A stretch of 63,186 bases of DNA, filler included, from Octopus bimaculoides (Eukaryota), in assembly GCF_001194135.2 (NCBI RefSeq). It is 5 parts of 5 records of this genome, joined end to end, with 100 filler letters (N's around TTAATTAATTAA, not from the genome) between each part and the next. Parts side by side here need not be neighbours in the genome. Positions count along the whole stretch, not along the records: positions 61,711 to 63,186 come from NC_068994.1; 4 more parts are not named here. One strand, written 5' to 3'. Positions 61,751 to 63,186 of the stretch are shown in pieces; the stretch's first letter is position 1; each line of letters begins with the position of its first letter. The position numbers and the translations under genes were made by a program. The notes beneath the pieces were generated by a model. It did not search any database, had not been told where the DNA came from, and saw nothing but the letters and a program-made list of their open reading frames with translations.

Positions 61751-63135
61751 AGTATAGTGGGTATATTGACTAACGTATACATTTCCGCAATTCTCAACCG
61801 ATTTTCACCAAACTTTACACACACATTACTTATGTCCCATGAATGGTCATGCACTATAACATTTTACCCAGAGCTCCCGCGTAAATGGTCATAGTTTATT
61901 CGTATGTAGGGTCTTCCATACTTTTTAAAACTTTATAAAAGTGAAACGATTTTGTCTATTTATTAATTCCAGTGTCCACCTGCTACGGTCATTAAATTGA
62001 CTAGGAACACTACGCGATGTATATACAATTCCAAACAATCTTAATCTCCATATTTAAACTGCATTAAACTTTGACAAGCTTAACTCTACCTATTCTGAGT
62101 TACTTGAAAAATGATGTTGCCTTTCTTTTCTTCTATTTCTTGGTACCTTTGTTAACCTACCAATGCGTTGTTTCACTATAAGGATGCTTATTTATCCATC
62201 CATTATGATATTTCGACTTTTGTCCATTGTTCCAAATACGTTTTAGCATTGTCGTTCTAGTCTTTTTTAAAGAATCACATATGATTCGTCCCAAAGAATC
62301 AACCTTTAAATAAGAGTTTTGCTTCCACTGGTGAAAGCTGTACGTATCTTTCAGAAAGCTCCATACCAATTTAACTTTATGCGGCTTTTGCTGTTAGTTT
62401 ATGTGCAGGCTATGTGGGAAGACAGAATAAAGGGGCCTTTGTTAGACCTCTATGAAAAATAGCTCCCTTGGCTTTTGAAAAAAATAAACTCGCAGAGGGG
62501 AAGTTTCAACGTCTTCTTTCAATTTCATTACACCTTTTATGTGGCTGTTTCTGACAAGGAATTTCACTTTCATGCAGCACAACTATATTTTGTAGTCATT
62601 ATCCGTAATTTACTCCCAAAACTCTGCAGTAGCTCTACTTTGCATCACTTGCAAACTTATATGTTCTATGATCATTAAAGTGCAATGACCTCCACAATGA
62701 CCAGCCTTCAATTTGATTTTCCGTTCCTAGGTAAATCGGAAAAACATAGATTGCCGTGCTACTCATAAACCTTCTCGGTAGTTCAATTATTTGGTGAAAA
62801 AAGTACCACCCAAGCAACTTAAACCGTCCAAAGTACGGGTGCGCTTGCTAGTGTATGTATATATATATATATATATGTGTGTGTATGTATGTGTGTATAT
62901 ATATATATGTGTGTGTGTTTACATATATGGATATATATTGATGTGTCCAGGTATATATATATATGTATATGGCTGTATAGTAAGAAGTTTGCTTTCCAAC
63001 CACATGGTTCCGAGTTCGTCCCACTGTGTGGCACCTACTATAGCCTCGCGCCGACCAAAGCCTTGTGAGTGGATTTGGTAGACGGAAACTGAAAGAAGCC
63101 CGTCATATACATATATGTGCGTGTTTTTGTGTGTG

Positions 63136-63186
<51 letters not shown>

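Noticed and set aside
62150-62480. PIF1/RecD-like helicase remnant (RLILWDE, TAKAA)
   Set aside because: Only two short words, many stops, and downstream motifs do not follow; unsupported without a profile search.

Overview
AT-rich eukaryotic draft-assembly DNA, dense in microsatellites, SINEs and N-gaps. The repeat content suggests an octopod cephalopod (inference; no search run). The window is five pieces joined by an artificial 100-nt spacer (44 N + TTAATTAATTAA + 44 N) at 21950-22049, 41044-41143, 46543-46642 and 61611-61710, so adjacency across spacers is not evidence of linkage. The one clearly supported protein-coding gene is CHTF18 (Ctf18, large subunit of the alternative RFC clamp loader): 17 frame-consistent GT-AG exons on + from 26883 to 40652 (719 codons), with the C-terminal exons lost at the 41044 spacer. 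The rest is mostly transposon debris: at least five short interspersed families, mariner/Tc1 remnants and MITEs, RTE-like LINE fragments and a truncated tRNA-Asp pseudogene. I saw no CRISPR array, rRNA gene or intact tRNA gene. Best candidates for new biology: (1) a compact minus-strand element at 45908-46229 combining an intact Pol III tRNA-type promoter with a Penelope-type, probably dimer-cleaving hammerhead ribozyme and an inverted copy of its own tail; (2) a fold-back element at about 20214-20799, nested in a SINE, whose centre is a perfect (CCCTAA)4-(TTAGGG)4 inverted telomeric cassette bounded by TTAA. Gene, ribozyme and inverted-repeat coordinates were counted by hand; dispersed-repeat boundaries are approximate.
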